A DNA stretch of 50,677 bases. Source: Mycobacterium sp. Its GTDB lineage: Bacteria; Actinomycetota; Actinomycetes; RYN-182. The DNA lies in assembly GCA_025965515.1 (NCBI GenBank), contig JAOPWU010000223.1, positions 1 through 50,677 of the forward strand, written 5' to 3'. Under the pieces are notes generated by a model. It did no database searches. It was not told where the DNA came from and was given only the letters and a program-made list of their open reading frames with translations. This document shows positions 34,242 to 47,888 of this stretch, piece by piece. Within the stretch, counting starts at the first letter, position 1. The number at the start of each line of letters is the position of its first letter. The translations under genes and the position numbers were made by a program.

Positions 34242-34925
34242 GTGAGCTATCTGTTGCGTGTCGTCCTACCCGACCGTCCGGGGTCGCTCGGGGCCCTCGC
34301 GACCGCCATCGGCTCCGCCGGCGGCGACATCGTGAGCCTCGACGTCGTGGAGCGGGGCCCCGACGGGGCCGTCGACGACCTGGTCGTCGAGCTGGTTCCG
34401 GGTGGCCTGGCCGACGCCCTGGTGACCGCCGCCCAGTCGGTGCCGGGCGCCGCGGTCGAGAGCATCCGGCCGTACCCGCGCGGCGGGGACCTGCACCGCG
34501 ACCTCGAACTCGTCGACGAGCTGGCGGCCACCCCGGAGCGGGGCCTGGAACTGCTCACCGAGAACAGCCCGGGCGTCTTCCGGGCGGGCTGGGCGCTGCT
34601 GCTGGAGCGGCTGCCCGACGGGTCCGTCGCGGTGCGGCACACCTCGGCCGGGCCGCCGCGCACCGAGGGGCTGGACCTCCCCTGGCTGCCGCTGACCACG
34701 GCCCGGCGCCTCGACCGGTCCGAGCCCTGGGTGCCCCCGCGCTGGGAGGAGCAGGCGATGGAGCTCGCCGCCGCACCCGTGGGCCGGCCGGAACTGGTCG
34801 TGCTGGTGGGGCGCCCGGGCGGCTCGCGGTTCCGGGCCTCCGAGGTGCTGCGGCTGGCGCACCTGGCGGGGATCGCCGCCACCGTCGCCCCCCTGGACGC
34901 GTCCGCCGAGGGCGCCAGCGCCTGA
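34242..34925 (+). CDS. ACT-domain-containing protein (Rv3013-like), divergent from gatCAB
   Basis: [36 protein letters not shown] is a classic ACT beta-alpha-beta start. The start is ambiguous between GTG 34212 and GTG 34242. Confidence 0.65.
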   Translation: MSYLLRVVLPDRPGSLGALATAIGSAGGDIVSLDVVERGPDGAVDDLVVELVPGGLADALVTAAQSVPGAAVESIRPYPRGGDLHRDLELVDELAATPERGLELLTENSPGVFRAGWALLLERLPDGSVAVRHTSAGPPRTEGLDLPWLPLTTARRLDRSEPWVPPRWEEQAMELAAAPVGRPELVVLVGRPGGSRFRASEVLRLAHLAGIAATVAPLDASAEGASA

Positions 34926-34942
34926 GCGCGGCGGGCGCCGGG

Positions 34943-38185
<3,243 letters not shown>

Positions 38186-38189
<4 letters not shown>

Positions 38190-38695
38190 GACTTCCGGCG
38201 CGGGCGGGGCGACGCCTGCTCGCCCCCGGGGCGGGGCACGCGTGGCGATGAGCTCTCCGCGCGGGCGGCGGGCCGGCGGGCCGGCCGGGGACGCAGCGGC
38301 GACGGCGGCAGCGGGTCTGCCGGCAGCTCCTGCGGCACGTCGACCGCCACCGGCTCGACCGCGACCGGCGCGGGGCGCCGCACCGGCACGCGGGCGGGCT
38401 GCTCGGCCGCGTGGCGGGACCGCGTCGGCGCGGGCGGCGGCACCGGCGAGCGCGGGGACGGTGAGGACGGGACCACCGCGGCCCCGATAGGCATCGGCGG
38501 CACCGCGGCCACGGTCGGGACGACCACCGTCATGTCCCCGACGGTCGGGGAGGCGCCCGGGCACCCCGCCTCGAGCCACGCGAGGTCCTCGCGCAGCAGG
38601 GCGATCAGTGCGTCGCGGGAGGCCTCGGGCTTGAACAACGCAAGGCTGTACTCCTGGATCACGCGCAGGTCTGTCAGCGCCACCGGTTCGGCCAT
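38186..38695 (-). CDS. uncharacterised protein: ~55-aa N-domain plus a Pro/Arg-rich tail
   Basis: Starts at ATG 38695: MAEPVALTDLRVIQEYSLALFKPEASRDALIALLREDLAWLEAGCPG..., followed by a tail rich in P, V, A and R. GC3 is high throughout and the stop overlaps the start of the next gene. The RBS is weak. Confidence 0.5.
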
Positions 38696-38760
38696 ACCCA
38701 GAGCGTAGCGACGGTCGCGGCCCTGCGGATCGTGCGACCGGGTGGCGCTGGCGTCTCGTC

Positions 38761-39906
38761 TCAGGCGCGGGGGGCCGCGGCGCCCGCGGGGCGTACGTCC
38801 GTGTCCGGCACGGCGTCCCCGACGACCCGTCCGGCGGCGACGCGACCGGCGCCGAGCACCCGCACGTCCGCCTCGTCGTAGAGCACCGCCGCCTGCCCGG
38901 GCGCAGGCCGGCGGACCGGTTCGTCGAAGGTCAACGCGATGCCCGACGCGTCGGCCACGGCCGTGGCGGCGACGGCGCCGCCGTGCGCCTGCAGCTGCAC
39001 CCGGCAGCGCAGCTCGCCCGCCGGGGCGTCGATGCCGTTCCACACCGGCGCGCTGACGGCCAGCTCGCGCGTCGCCAGCAGCTCCCGCGGCCCCACCACG
39101 ACGCGCCGCGCCGCGGGCTCGACGCCGAGGACGAAGCGGGGCCGCCCGTCCGCGGCCGGGACGCTGAGGTCGAGGCCGCGCCGCTGCCCCACCGTGAAGG
39201 CGTACGCGCCGTCGTGGCGCCCGACCTCCCGGCCGGTGGTGGCGTCGACGACGCTGCCCGGCTGCTCCCCCAGGCGGTTGCGCAGCCAGCCCGCGGTGTC
39301 CCGCTGCGGGATGAAGCAGATGTCGGAGCTGTCGCGCTTGTCGGCGACCGCGAGCCCGCGCGTCGCGGCCTCCGCGCGCACCTCGGACTTCTGGCTGTCG
39401 CCGAGCGGGAAGATCGCGCGCTCCCACTGGTCCCGCCGCAGCGTGCCCAGCACGTAGGACTGGTCCTTGCCGGGGTCGGCCGCGCGGGCGAGCCCCACCC
39501 CGCCGGCCACGTCCACGAGCCGCGCGTAGTGCCCCGTGACCACCGCGTCGAAGCCGAGCGCCTGGGCCCGGTCCAGCACGGCGGCGAACTTGATGCGCTC
39601 GTTGCACCGCAGGCAGGGGTTCGGCGTCTCGCCGCGGGCGTAGGTCTCGACGAAGTCGTCCACCACGTCCCGGCCGAACCGTGCCGCGAGGTCCCAGACG
39701 TAGAACGGGATGCCCAGCGCGTCCGCGGCCCGGCGGGCGTCCCGCGCGTCGTCCAGCGTGCAACAGCCGCGGGCGCCCTCGGCGGCACGGGCGGGGCTCG
39801 GCGAGAGCGCCAGGTGCACCCCCGTCACGTCGTGCCCGGCGTCGCGGGCCCGGGCCGCCGCGACGGCCGAGTCCACCCCGCCGCTCATGGCCGCGATCAC
39901 CCTCAT
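38761..39906 (-). CDS. mnmA: tRNA-specific 2-thiouridylase
   Basis: PP-loop [17 protein letters not shown], plus [26 protein letters not shown] and [12 protein letters not shown]. Confidence 0.95.
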   Translation of the reverse strand: MRVIAAMSGGVDSAVAAARARDAGHDVTGVHLALSPSPARAAEGARGCCTLDDARDARRAADALGIPFYVWDLAARFGRDVVDDFVETYARGETPNPCLRCNERIKFAAVLDRAQALGFDAVVTGHYARLVDVAGGVGLARAADPGKDQSYVLGTLRRDQWERAIFPLGDSQKSEVRAEAATRGLAVADKRDSSDICFIPQRDTAGWLRNRLGEQPGSVVDATTGREVGRHDGAYAFTVGQRRGLDLSVPAADGRPRFVLGVEPAARRVVVGPRELLATRELAVSAPVWNGIDAPAGELRCRVQLQAHGGAVAATAVADASGIALTFDEPVRRPAPGQAAVLYDEADVRVLGAGRVAAGRVVGDAVPDTDVRPAGAAAPRA

Positions 39907-39921
39907 CGGAGCGTCACGGCC

Positions 39922-41109
39922 TCAGACCGCCAGCGCGGCGCCCGCACGGCGCGCGCGCTCGAGCACCCCGGGCAGCGCGGCGCAGACCGCGTCGACGTCG
40001 TCCTGCGTGGACGTGGCGCCCAGCGTGAACCGCAGGCTGCCGCGGGCCAGCTCGGGCGCGACGCCCATGGCCAGCACCACGTGGCTGGGCCGGGCCACGC
40101 CCGCGGAGCAGGCCGACCCCGTCGAGCACTCGATGCCGGCCGCGTCGAGCAGCAACAGCAGGGAGTCGCCCTCGCAGCCGGGGAAGGTGACGTGCAGGTT
40201 GCCGGGCAGGCGGGCCGCCGGCAGGGCCGGGTCCGCCCCATTGACGATCAGGTCGGGTGCGATGGCGCGCAGCCCGCCCAGCAGGCGGTCCCGCAGCCCG
40301 CGCACGTGCGAAGCCCGCTGCTCCCGCTCGGCCACGGCCTGCTCCACCGCGACGCCGAAGCCCGCCACGCCCGCGGTGTCCACGGTGCCGGAGCGCACGT
40401 CGCGCTCCTGGCCGCCCCCGTGGCTGGTCGGGACCAGCTCGCGGCCCCGGCCGCAGACGAGCGCGCCGACCCCGACGGGCCCGCCCAGCTTGTGGCCGGT
40501 GAGCGACAGGGCGTCGACGGCCCGGCCGTCGACCGGCAGGACGCCGACGGCCTGCACGGCGTCGCTGTGGAACGGAATGCCGCGCGCGGCGCAGAGCGCG
40601 GCGAGCTCCGCGACCGGCTGGACGGTGCCCACCTCGTTGTTGGCCCACTGCACGCTGACGAGCGCGACATCGGAACCGTCGGAGCCGTCCGCGGCCAGCG
40701 CCGCCAGCAGCAGCTCGGGGGTGACCCGCCCGGTGGCGTCGACCCCCACCAGCTCGCAGCTGAACCCCTGCTGCTCGGCCAGCCAGGCGGCGGAGTCCAG
40801 CACCGCGTGGTGCTCCACGGCGGACACCAGCACGCGCCTGCGCCGCGGGTCCTCGCGGCGGCGCGCCCAGGCGAGGCCCTTGACCGCGAGGTTGTCGGAC
40901 TCGGTGCCGCCGGAGGTGAAGACGACCTCCGAGGGGCGCACGCCCAGCGCGGCGGCGATCCGCTCGCGCGACTCCTCCACCACCCGGCGGGCCCGCCGCC
41001 CCGCCGCGTGCAGCGAGCTGGGGTTCGCGGCGACCCCGAGCTGGGCGACCATGGCGTCCAGGGCGGCGGCCGCCATGGGCGTCGTGGCGGCATGGTCCAG
41101 GTAGGGCAC
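39922..41109 (-). CDS. iscS: cysteine desulfurase (NifS/IscS family)
   Basis: MPYLDHAATTP, the PLP-lysine region SLTGHKLGGPVGVGAL and the catalytic-Cys loop STGSACSAG. Confidence 0.9.
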   Translation of the reverse strand: MPYLDHAATTPMAAAALDAMVAQLGVAANPSSLHAAGRRARRVVEESRERIAAALGVRPSEVVFTSGGTESDNLAVKGLAWARRREDPRRRRVLVSAVEHHAVLDSAAWLAEQQGFSCELVGVDATGRVTPELLLAALAADGSDGSDVALVSVQWANNEVGTVQPVAELAALCAARGIPFHSDAVQAVGVLPVDGRAVDALSLTGHKLGGPVGVGALVCGRGRELVPTSHGGGQERDVRSGTVDTAGVAGFGVAVEQAVAEREQRASHVRGLRDRLLGGLRAIAPDLIVNGADPALPAARLPGNLHVTFPGCEGDSLLLLLDAAGIECSTGSACSAGVARPSHVVLAMGVAPELARGSLRFTLGATSTQDDVDAVCAALPGVLERARRAGAALAV

Positions 41110-41158
41110 ACGCCCACACTAGACGGCAGCCGGACGGCCCGGGTGGCCGCCGCAGGGG

Positions 41159-42649
41159 TCAGGCGGCGGGTGCCGCCCCGGCCCCGGCGGGCGGCCGAAG
41201 GTCGACGATGCGCGGCGACAGCAGCGCCCCCTGCGGCGGGACCCGCAGCGCCGCGGGCTCCACCACCACGAGCTGCGTGGGCAGCACGCCGCTGGCCGCC
41301 CGGACGCCGCCGGCCACCGAGGTCGCGGTCCGTTCCGCGGCCGCCCGGTCCTTCGGGGCGATCCAGACGAGGAGCTGGTCGAGCCCCCGGCCGCGCGTGA
41401 CCCGCACCTGCCAGTCGACCAGGTCGTCCCGGCCGGCGAGCGCCGCGGCAACCGCCCGGAGGTCCACGCCCCGCGGCCCGCCGTCGCGCGGCAGCCGGAG
41501 CCCGGGGACCAGGGCGCCCGCCCGCAGCGGCAGCGGGATGCCGACGCTCGGGCGGCCGCCCGAGCGCGGCAGCCGGCGCAGGCCCGTCGGCAGCAGCGCC
41601 CCGGTGCGCCACCGCAGCAGCGCGGAACCGGCGACGTCCAGCTGCGTGAGCACCAGCTCGCCGCCCGCGCCCGGCGTCGCCGGCTCCCCCGTCTCGGGGT
41701 CCACCACCTCGAGGACCTCGGTGTCGGGGTAGGTCACGAGGACGTCCCCGTCCTGCGCGTACATCCAGCGGCCGTCCGGGGGGCCCCACAGCAGGCGCAC
41801 GTCGACCGGCCGGCCCAGCAGCGCAGCCACCTCCCGCTGCGTCGCGGCCGGCTCGGGGGCCTCCCGCGTGCCGACGACGAGCACCGTCGTCACCGAGCCG
41901 AGCGTGGCCCGCTCCTCCAGCAGTGAGCGGACCATGCGGTCGGGCGCGGCCGCGGGAACGGCGAGCACCGTCGCGGCGACCTGCCGGGACAGCCGCGCCA
42001 CCTCGGCCGGGTCGTCCCCGGGGAAGAGCGCCGCCACCCCGGAGGCCTGCGCCGCGGCGGCGAGGAAGGCGTGGCCCAGCTCGGACCCGGTCGGGACGGC
42101 GCTCAGCAGCACGTCGGTGTCGCCCAGCCCCAGCGTCGCCCAGGCGCGGGCGCCGAGCCGGGCCACCACCTCCAGGTCGGCGCGCGTACTGGCGACCGGA
42201 TACCGCAGCGCCAGGCCCCCGAACGTGTAGGTGGTCGGCTTGAGGGCGACCGCGACGCGCTGCCGGTACACCCGGGGGTCGGTCAGCCGGCTCAGCAGCA
42301 CGGACCGCAGGTCACCGCCGCGGGCGTGCCGGGCGAACCCCTGCTCGTCGCCCTGCAGCACCAACGCGGCCGCGCCGGCCGGGTCGCCGTCGGGGCACAG
42401 GTCCCGCTCCCCCACCGCGGGCACCCGCGGCAGGTCCACCACGCCCCGCACGGCCTGGACGCCGATGCCGGACGCCCCGAACTGGCGGCGCCAGAACGGG
42501 GAGAAGGGGCGTACCCGGTGCTCCAGCTGGGTCACGAGCGCCCGGTCGGTGGCGCGGTTGGCCTCCGCCCGGCCCGTCGACGCGCCTGCCGGCGGCCGCG
42601 GTGCCCGCCCCTGGGTCCGGCCTGCTGCACGTCCCGCTGTCCCCGCCAC
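41159..42649 (-). CDS. PaaK/F390-synthetase-like adenylate-forming-fold protein with degenerate catalytic motifs
   Basis: By eye it aligns to phenylacetate-CoA ligase: [25 protein letters not shown]...[37 protein letters not shown]. The start is uncertain (GTG 42649, 42535 or 42694). Confidence 0.45.
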   Translation of the reverse strand: MAGTAGRAAGRTQGRAPRPPAGASTGRAEANRATDRALVTQLEHRVRPFSPFWRRQFGASGIGVQAVRGVVDLPRVPAVGERDLCPDGDPAGAAALVLQGDEQGFARHARGGDLRSVLLSRLTDPRVYRQRVAVALKPTTYTFGGLALRYPVASTRADLEVVARLGARAWATLGLGDTDVLLSAVPTGSELGHAFLAAAAQASGVAALFPGDDPAEVARLSRQVAATVLAVPAAAPDRMVRSLLEERATLGSVTTVLVVGTREAPEPAATQREVAALLGRPVDVRLLWGPPDGRWMYAQDGDVLVTYPDTEVLEVVDPETGEPATPGAGGELVLTQLDVAGSALLRWRTGALLPTGLRRLPRSGGRPSVGIPLPLRAGALVPGLRLPRDGGPRGVDLRAVAAALAGRDDLVDWQVRVTRGRGLDQLLVWIAPKDRAAAERTATSVAGGVRAASGVLPTQLVVVEPAALRVPPQGALLSPRIVDLRPPAGAGAAPAA

Positions 42650-42739
42650 AACTCCGGATGCTAGGGACTCCCGGCCGCGGCCGGGCCGGAGCACCCCCGC
42701 CGGGGTCTCAGCCGGCCGCCGCGGGCCCGGAGACGCGAC

Positions 42740-42771
42740 GGAGCCGGGCCCCCGTGAGGGGACCCGGCTCC
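42740..42771 (-). terminator. hairpin downstream of etfA
   Basis: GGAGCCGGGCCCC-cgtga-GGGG(A)CCCGGCTCC: 13 bp with one bulge. It starts 14 nt after the etfA stop. Confidence 0.45.
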
Positions 42772-42784
42772 GGGGCGGGCCTGC

Positions 42785-43744
42785 TCAGCCCTTGCGCTTC
42801 TTGACCTCTTCGGTGAGCTGCGGGACGACGTCGAACAGGTCGCCCACGATGCCGAAGTCGGCGAGCTCGAAGATCGGGGCCTCGGGGTCCTTGTTGATGG
42901 CCACGATGGTCTTCGAGGTCTGCATGCCGGCCCGGTGCTGGATGGCGCCGGAGATGCCCGCCGCGACGTAGAGCTGCGGCGAGACCGTCTTGCCGGTCTG
43001 CCCGACCTGGTACTGGTTGGGGTACCAGCCGGCGTCGACCGCGGCGCGCGAGGCGCCCACGGCACCACCGAGCGCGTCGGCCAGGGCCTCCACGACCGGG
43101 AAGTTCTCGGCGCCGCCGAGGCCGCGGCCACCGGAGACGACGATCGAGGCCTCGGTCAGGTCCGGGCGGCCGCTCTTGGCCTCCTGCACCTTGTTGACGA
43201 CCTTGGCGCTCTTGGCGACGTCGCTGAACGACACGTCGACCTTCACGACCTCCGGGGTCGCGCTCGCCGCCTGCGGGGCGACGCTGTTCGGGCGCACCGT
43301 GATGATCGGGGTGCCCTTGCCGACGGTGGACTGCACGATGACGCCGCCGCCGTAGTTGTTCTGCGTGGCGACGACGCCGTCGGACACGTCCACAGCGTCC
43401 GTGACGCGCCCGGACCCGACCTTGAACGCGGCGCGGGCGGCGATCTCCTTGCCGTCGACCGACGACGGCACGAGCACGCCGGCCGGCGAGGCCTGCTGGA
43501 TGACCGCGGCGAGCGCCTCGGCCTGCGGGGCGATGAGGTAGTCCGCGATCTCCTGCGCCTCGACCACGTAGGCCTTGGCGGCGCCGTACTCGCCGACCTT
43601 GGCCACCACCGCGTCGGCGTGGCCGGGGCCGGCCAGGACGACGGCGGCCGGCTCGCCCAGGCGCGCTGCCAGGGTCAGCAGCTCGTAGGTGACCTTCTTG
43701 GGCTCGCCGTCGACGTGGTCGACGAGGACCAGAACTTCAGCCAT
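42785..43744 (-). CDS. etfA: electron transfer flavoprotein alpha subunit
   Basis: [24 protein letters not shown]...VVSGGRGLG...[44 protein letters not shown]. Confidence 0.95.
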   Translation of the reverse strand: MAEVLVLVDHVDGEPKKVTYELLTLAARLGEPAAVVLAGPGHADAVVAKVGEYGAAKAYVVEAQEIADYLIAPQAEALAAVIQQASPAGVLVPSSVDGKEIAARAAFKVGSGRVTDAVDVSDGVVATQNNYGGGVIVQSTVGKGTPIITVRPNSVAPQAASATPEVVKVDVSFSDVAKSAKVVNKVQEAKSGRPDLTEASIVVSGGRGLGGAENFPVVEALADALGGAVGASRAAVDAGWYPNQYQVGQTGKTVSPQLYVAAGISGAIQHRAGMQTSKTIVAINKDPEAPIFELADFGIVGDLFDVVPQLTEEVKKRKG

Positions 43745-43759
43745 GACGTGTCAGACCCT

Positions 43760-44539
43760 TCAGACGATCTTCTGCGCGGCGAGGAACTCGGCGATCTTCA
43801 CGCCGCCGTCACCCTCGTCCTTGACGATCTGCCCGGCCGAGCGCGGCGGGCGGTTGGTGAATTCCGAGACGCCGGTGAAGGAGTTGGCCAGCCCGACCGT
43901 CCCGGCGTCGAGGCCCGCGTCGGCGACCGTCAGGGTCGTCAGGGGCTTCTTCTTGGCGGCCATGATGCCCTTGAAGGACGGGTATCGCGGCTCGTTGATC
44001 TTCTCGACCACGCCGACGACGGCCGGCGTCTGGGCCTCGACCACGTCGTAACCGGTATCGGTCTGGCGCTCGATGCTGACGGTGCTGCCGTCGACCGTGA
44101 CCTTGCGGGCCTGGGTCAGCTGCGGGAGGCCGAGGGCCTCCGCGAGCAGCGAGCCCATGATCGACATACGGGCGTCCGTCGACTCGGACCCGACGATGAC
44201 GAGGTCGTACTCCAGCCCGGAGATGACCTTGGCCAGCGCCGTGGCGGTCTGGACCGCATCCGAGCCGTGCAGCGACTCGTCGGTGAGCAGGACGGCCTTG
44301 TCGGCCCCCATCGAGAGGGCCTTGCGGACCGTCTCGGTGGCCTTCTCCGGACCCATGGTGACGACGGTGACCTCGCCGCCGTGGGCCTCCTTCAGGCGCA
44401 GCGCCTCCTCGACGCCGTACTCGTCGAGCTCGTTCATGACGGCGTCGACGGAGGCGCGGTCTTCCGTCTTGTCGGACGGGTCCAGCTTCTTCTCCGCCCA
44501 GCTGTCGGGCACCTGCTTCACGCAGACCACGATGTTCAC
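43760..44539 (-). CDS. etfB: electron transfer flavoprotein beta subunit
   Basis: Starts at GTG 44539 with GGGAGG 8 nt upstream. VNIVVCVKQVPDSWAEKKLD...NELDEYGVEEALRLKE...GSESTDARMS. Confidence 0.92.
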   Translation of the reverse strand: MNIVVCVKQVPDSWAEKKLDPSDKTEDRASVDAVMNELDEYGVEEALRLKEAHGGEVTVVTMGPEKATETVRKALSMGADKAVLLTDESLHGSDAVQTATALAKVISGLEYDLVIVGSESTDARMSIMGSLLAEALGLPQLTQARKVTVDGSTVSIERQTDTGYDVVEAQTPAVVGVVEKINEPRYPSFKGIMAAKKKPLTTLTVADAGLDAGTVGLANSFTGVSEFTNRPPRSAGQIVKDEGDGGVKIAEFLAAQKIV

Positions 44540-44817
44540 GTGCAGTACCTCCCGGAGCGGGCGTGACCCCGCGCGCCGATGCAGCAGGGACACGGACGGT
44601 TCCGAGTCCCGACGAGTTTCTCGACCGACCAGGTCGGTGGAGCGATGATGCCCCACCTGGTCGGCCCGCGCGCGAGAGCGGGGGGCACAAACCCGCCACC
44701 CTCGGACGCGGACAAGTTACCGCGCGGTAGGCAGTGCCCAGCCAGGGGCCCCCTCAGCCACGCCCCGCGGGTGACGGGGCCGTGACCTGCGCCACCCGGC
44801 CGACTGGCCGGCCACGC

Positions 44818-45597
44818 TCAGGAGCTGGTGAAGGTGGCCTTGCCCGGGCCGTTCGCCACGAAGCTGTCCATCCCGGCCGAGCGGTCGGCGGTGGCGAACA
44901 GTCCGGCGAACAGCGTCGCCTCCAGCCGCAGCCCGGTCTCCAGCGCGCCGTCCAGCCCGGCGTCGACGGCGTGCTTCGCGGCGGCGAGCGCGAGCCCGGC
45001 CCCCCCGACGAACTGCCGGGCCCACGCGAGCGCCGCGGGCAGCACCTCGGCGTCGGGCACCACCTGGTCGGCGAGGCCGATCCGGAGCGCCTCCTCGGCG
45101 GTCACGTGGCGGCCAGTGAAGATGAGGTCCTTGGCCCGCGACGGGCCGACGAGCCGCGGGAGCCGCTGGGTCCCGCCCAGCCCGGGGATGATCCCCAGCT
45201 GCGTCTCCGGCTGCCCGACCTTCGCCCGCTCCCCGAGGATGCGGATGTCCGCGCACAGCGCGAGCTCCAGGCCGCCGCCGAGCGCGTACCCGGTCACCGC
45301 GGCCACGACCGGCTTCGGGATCGCGGCGACCGCGGCGAAGGCGGTCTGGAGGTACGGCGCCTGCTCGACCATGTCCCGGTGGGACATGTCGGCCATCTCC
45401 TTGACGTCCGCGCCCGCGGCGAAGAGCCGCTCCCCGCCCCACAGCACCACCGCGGCGACCTCGCGGTCGAGCGTCACCTGCTGCGCGGCCTCGCGGAGCT
45501 CCTCCTGCACCTGTCGGGACAGCGCGTTCATCTTCGGCCGGTCCACCCGGATGGTCGCCACCCCGGCGTCCACCTCCACCGTCACGAACTCCGCCAT
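44818..45597 (-). CDS. enoyl-CoA hydratase/isomerase family protein
   Basis: VATIRVDRPKMNALSRQV...FAAGADVKEM...AAVTGYALGGGLELALCADIRI (crotonase oxyanion-hole motifs). Confidence 0.9.
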   Translation of the reverse strand: MAEFVTVEVDAGVATIRVDRPKMNALSRQVQEELREAAQQVTLDREVAAVVLWGGERLFAAGADVKEMADMSHRDMVEQAPYLQTAFAAVAAIPKPVVAAVTGYALGGGLELALCADIRILGERAKVGQPETQLGIIPGLGGTQRLPRLVGPSRAKDLIFTGRHVTAEEALRIGLADQVVPDAEVLPAALAWARQFVGGAGLALAAAKHAVDAGLDGALETGLRLEATLFAGLFATADRSAGMDSFVANGPGKATFTSS

Positions 45598-45734
45598 TGC
45601 CGCCTCCGCTGCCGCCCTCGCACGGCCCCGACCGGCGGCCGCGGCGCCCGGTGTAGCCGGACCGCGCGGGCAGCGTAGCGGGGCCGGCGCGGCGTTCTCG
45701 CCCCCGCCGGGGCGGGGTTCGGCACACTGGGGGC

Positions 45735-47888
45735 GTGACGCCGCAGCCGAACGGCACGCCGCCCGCGGCGCCGGGCCGTCCCTGGCCGCTGGGGGTGCAC
45801 CTGGCCGGGCCGGGTGGGCCCGCCCAGGTCGCGGTCGTCGCCCCGCACGCCGACTGGGTCGACCTGTGCCTGCTCGACGGCCCGCGCGCCGGGGGCACCG
45901 AGCGACGCGTGCGGCTGATCGCGGGCGACGCGGGCGTCTGGCACGCCAGCGTGCCCGGCATCGCGGCCGGGCAGCGCTACGGCTTCCGCCTCGGCGGCCC
46001 GTGGGCCCCGGAGGACGGCGTGCGGTGCAACCCGGCCAAGCTGCTCGCGGACCCGTGGGCGCGGGCCTTCACCGGCGACCTGCTGCTCCACCAGGCCACC
46101 TACGCACACGTCGGCGGTGCCGACTCGGGCGATCCCTACGGCCGGCCGGACGGGCAGGACTCCGCGCCCTACGTGCCGCACAGCGTGGTGGTGCCGCCCC
46201 TGCCGCCACCCGGTCCGCGGCCCGACGTCGACCCGGCCGACCGGGTCGTCTACGAGGCCCACGTCGGCGGGCTCACGGCCCGGCACCCCGCGGTCCCCGA
46301 GCAGCTGCGCGGCACCTACCTCGGGCTGGCGCACCCGGCCGTCGTGGAACACCTGCTCCGGCTCGGGGTGACGACGGTGGAGCTGCTGCCCGTCACGCAG
46401 TTCGTCAGCGAGGCGCACCTGCTGCGCCGCGGCATGCGCAACGCGTGGGGTTACAACACGCTGGGGCACCTGGCGCCGCACGAGGGGTACGCGACGGCGC
46501 CCGGCCGGCAGGTCGAGGAGTTCCGCGCGCTGGTGGACGCCCTCCACGCGGCAGGGCTCGAGGTGTGGCTGGACGTGGTGCTCAACCACACGGCCGAGGG
46601 CGGCGCCGGCGGCCCCACCCTCTGCTGGCGAGGCTTCGACGAGGCCGGCTCGTACCGCATGCACCGGGCCGCGGGGCGGCTGGTCTACGACGACGTCACC
46701 GGCTGCGGGAACACCTTCGACCTCAACCGCCCCGACGTGCTCGCGCTGGCGCTCGGATCGCTCCGGCACTGGGTCCAGGGCTACGGGGTCGACGGTTTCC
46801 GGTTCGACCTGGCGGTGGCGCTCGGCCGCACCCGCGACGGCGACTTCGACCCGGCGGCGCCGTTCCTCGCGGCGGCGCACGCCGACCCGGTGCTGCGCGA
46901 AGTGCGTCTGGTCGCGGAACCCTGGGACGTCGGGTGGGGTGGTTACCAGCTCGGCCGGTTCCCGGTGACGTGGGCGGAGTGGAACGGCCGGTTCCGCGAC
47001 GACGTCCGCCGCTCGCTGCAGCCCGGCGGGACCATCGCCGGCCTCGGTGCGGCGCTGACCGGCTCCGCCGACCTCACCGGGCGCCGGCCCGCGACGGCGT
47101 CCGTGAACCTCGTGACCGTGCACGACGGCTTCCCGCTCGCGGACCTCGTCTCCTACGAGCGCAAGCACAACCAGGACAACGGGGAGGACAACCGCGACGG
47201 CGACGACAGCAACCACAGCTCCAACGGTGGCGTCGAGGGACCCACGGCCGACCCCGCGGTGCTGGCGCTGCGCCGCGCCCGCCGACGGGCGTTGCTGGCC
47301 CTGGTCGCGCTCGCGACGGGGACCCCGCTGCTCTGCTACGGCGACGAGCTGGGCCGCACCCAGTTCGGCAACAACAACGCGTACTGCCGGCCGGAACTGC
47401 TGGCGGTCGACTGGTCCGCCGCCACGGACCCGTGCGGACCGGACCCCTCGCTGCCGGACTACGTGGCGGCCCTGTACGCGCTGCGCCGGCGGCACCCGGC
47501 GCTGCGCCGCACGAACCACTTCACGGGCGAGCCGGACGTGACGGGCCGGGTGGACGTGCGGTGGCTGCACCCGGACGGCCGCGCGGTCACCGAGACGGAC
47601 TGGCAGACCGGCAGGGCCCTCGGGATGCTCCTCGACGGGACGGCGGCGGCCGTCCCCCGGGCGGCGCGCGACGCGCACGGCCGCGCGGACGCCGACCTGC
47701 TGCTCTGGGTCGCCGTGGGTGAAACCCCCGTGACGGCGGCGTTGCCGCCCGGCAGCTGGGCCGTGGCCCTGGACACCTCGCGGGACACCGCGGTCGCGGT
47801 CGCCGGGGACGGCGACCGCGACCTGTTCCGCGACAGCCTGCAGGTGCAGGCGCCCGCGGTGGTGCTCCTGGAGCGCGTCAGCCGGTGA
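45735..47888 (+). CDS. glgX: glycogen debranching enzyme (GH13, GlgX type)
   Basis: YEAHVGGLT...GVTTVELLPV...WGYNTLG...LDVVLNHTAEG...GVDGFRFDLAVAL...VAEPWD...NLVTVHDGFPLADL. Confidence 0.92.
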   Translation: MTPQPNGTPPAAPGRPWPLGVHLAGPGGPAQVAVVAPHADWVDLCLLDGPRAGGTERRVRLIAGDAGVWHASVPGIAAGQRYGFRLGGPWAPEDGVRCNPAKLLADPWARAFTGDLLLHQATYAHVGGADSGDPYGRPDGQDSAPYVPHSVVVPPLPPPGPRPDVDPADRVVYEAHVGGLTARHPAVPEQLRGTYLGLAHPAVVEHLLRLGVTTVELLPVTQFVSEAHLLRRGMRNAWGYNTLGHLAPHEGYATAPGRQVEEFRALVDALHAAGLEVWLDVVLNHTAEGGAGGPTLCWRGFDEAGSYRMHRAAGRLVYDDVTGCGNTFDLNRPDVLALALGSLRHWVQGYGVDGFRFDLAVALGRTRDGDFDPAAPFLAAAHADPVLREVRLVAEPWDVGWGGYQLGRFPVTWAEWNGRFRDDVRRSLQPGGTIAGLGAALTGSADLTGRRPATASVNLVTVHDGFPLADLVSYERKHNQDNGEDNRDGDDSNHSSNGGVEGPTADPAVLALRRARRRALLALVALATGTPLLCYGDELGRTQFGNNNAYCRPELLAVDWSAATDPCGPDPSLPDYVAALYALRRRHPALRRTNHFTGEPDVTGRVDVRWLHPDGRAVTETDWQTGRALGMLLDGTAAAVPRAARDAHGRADADLLLWVAVGETPVTAALPPGSWAVALDTSRDTAVAVAGDGDRDLFRDSLQVQAPAVVLLERVSR

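Noticed and set aside
44579-44785. 68-aa plus-strand ORF in the etfB upstream region
   Set aside because: It has many A/T-ending codons (gga, cga, agt, ggt, aga, aca, cca, tta), unlike genuine genes here. It has no RBS and overlaps the inverted repeat and hairpins. It is probably non-coding.
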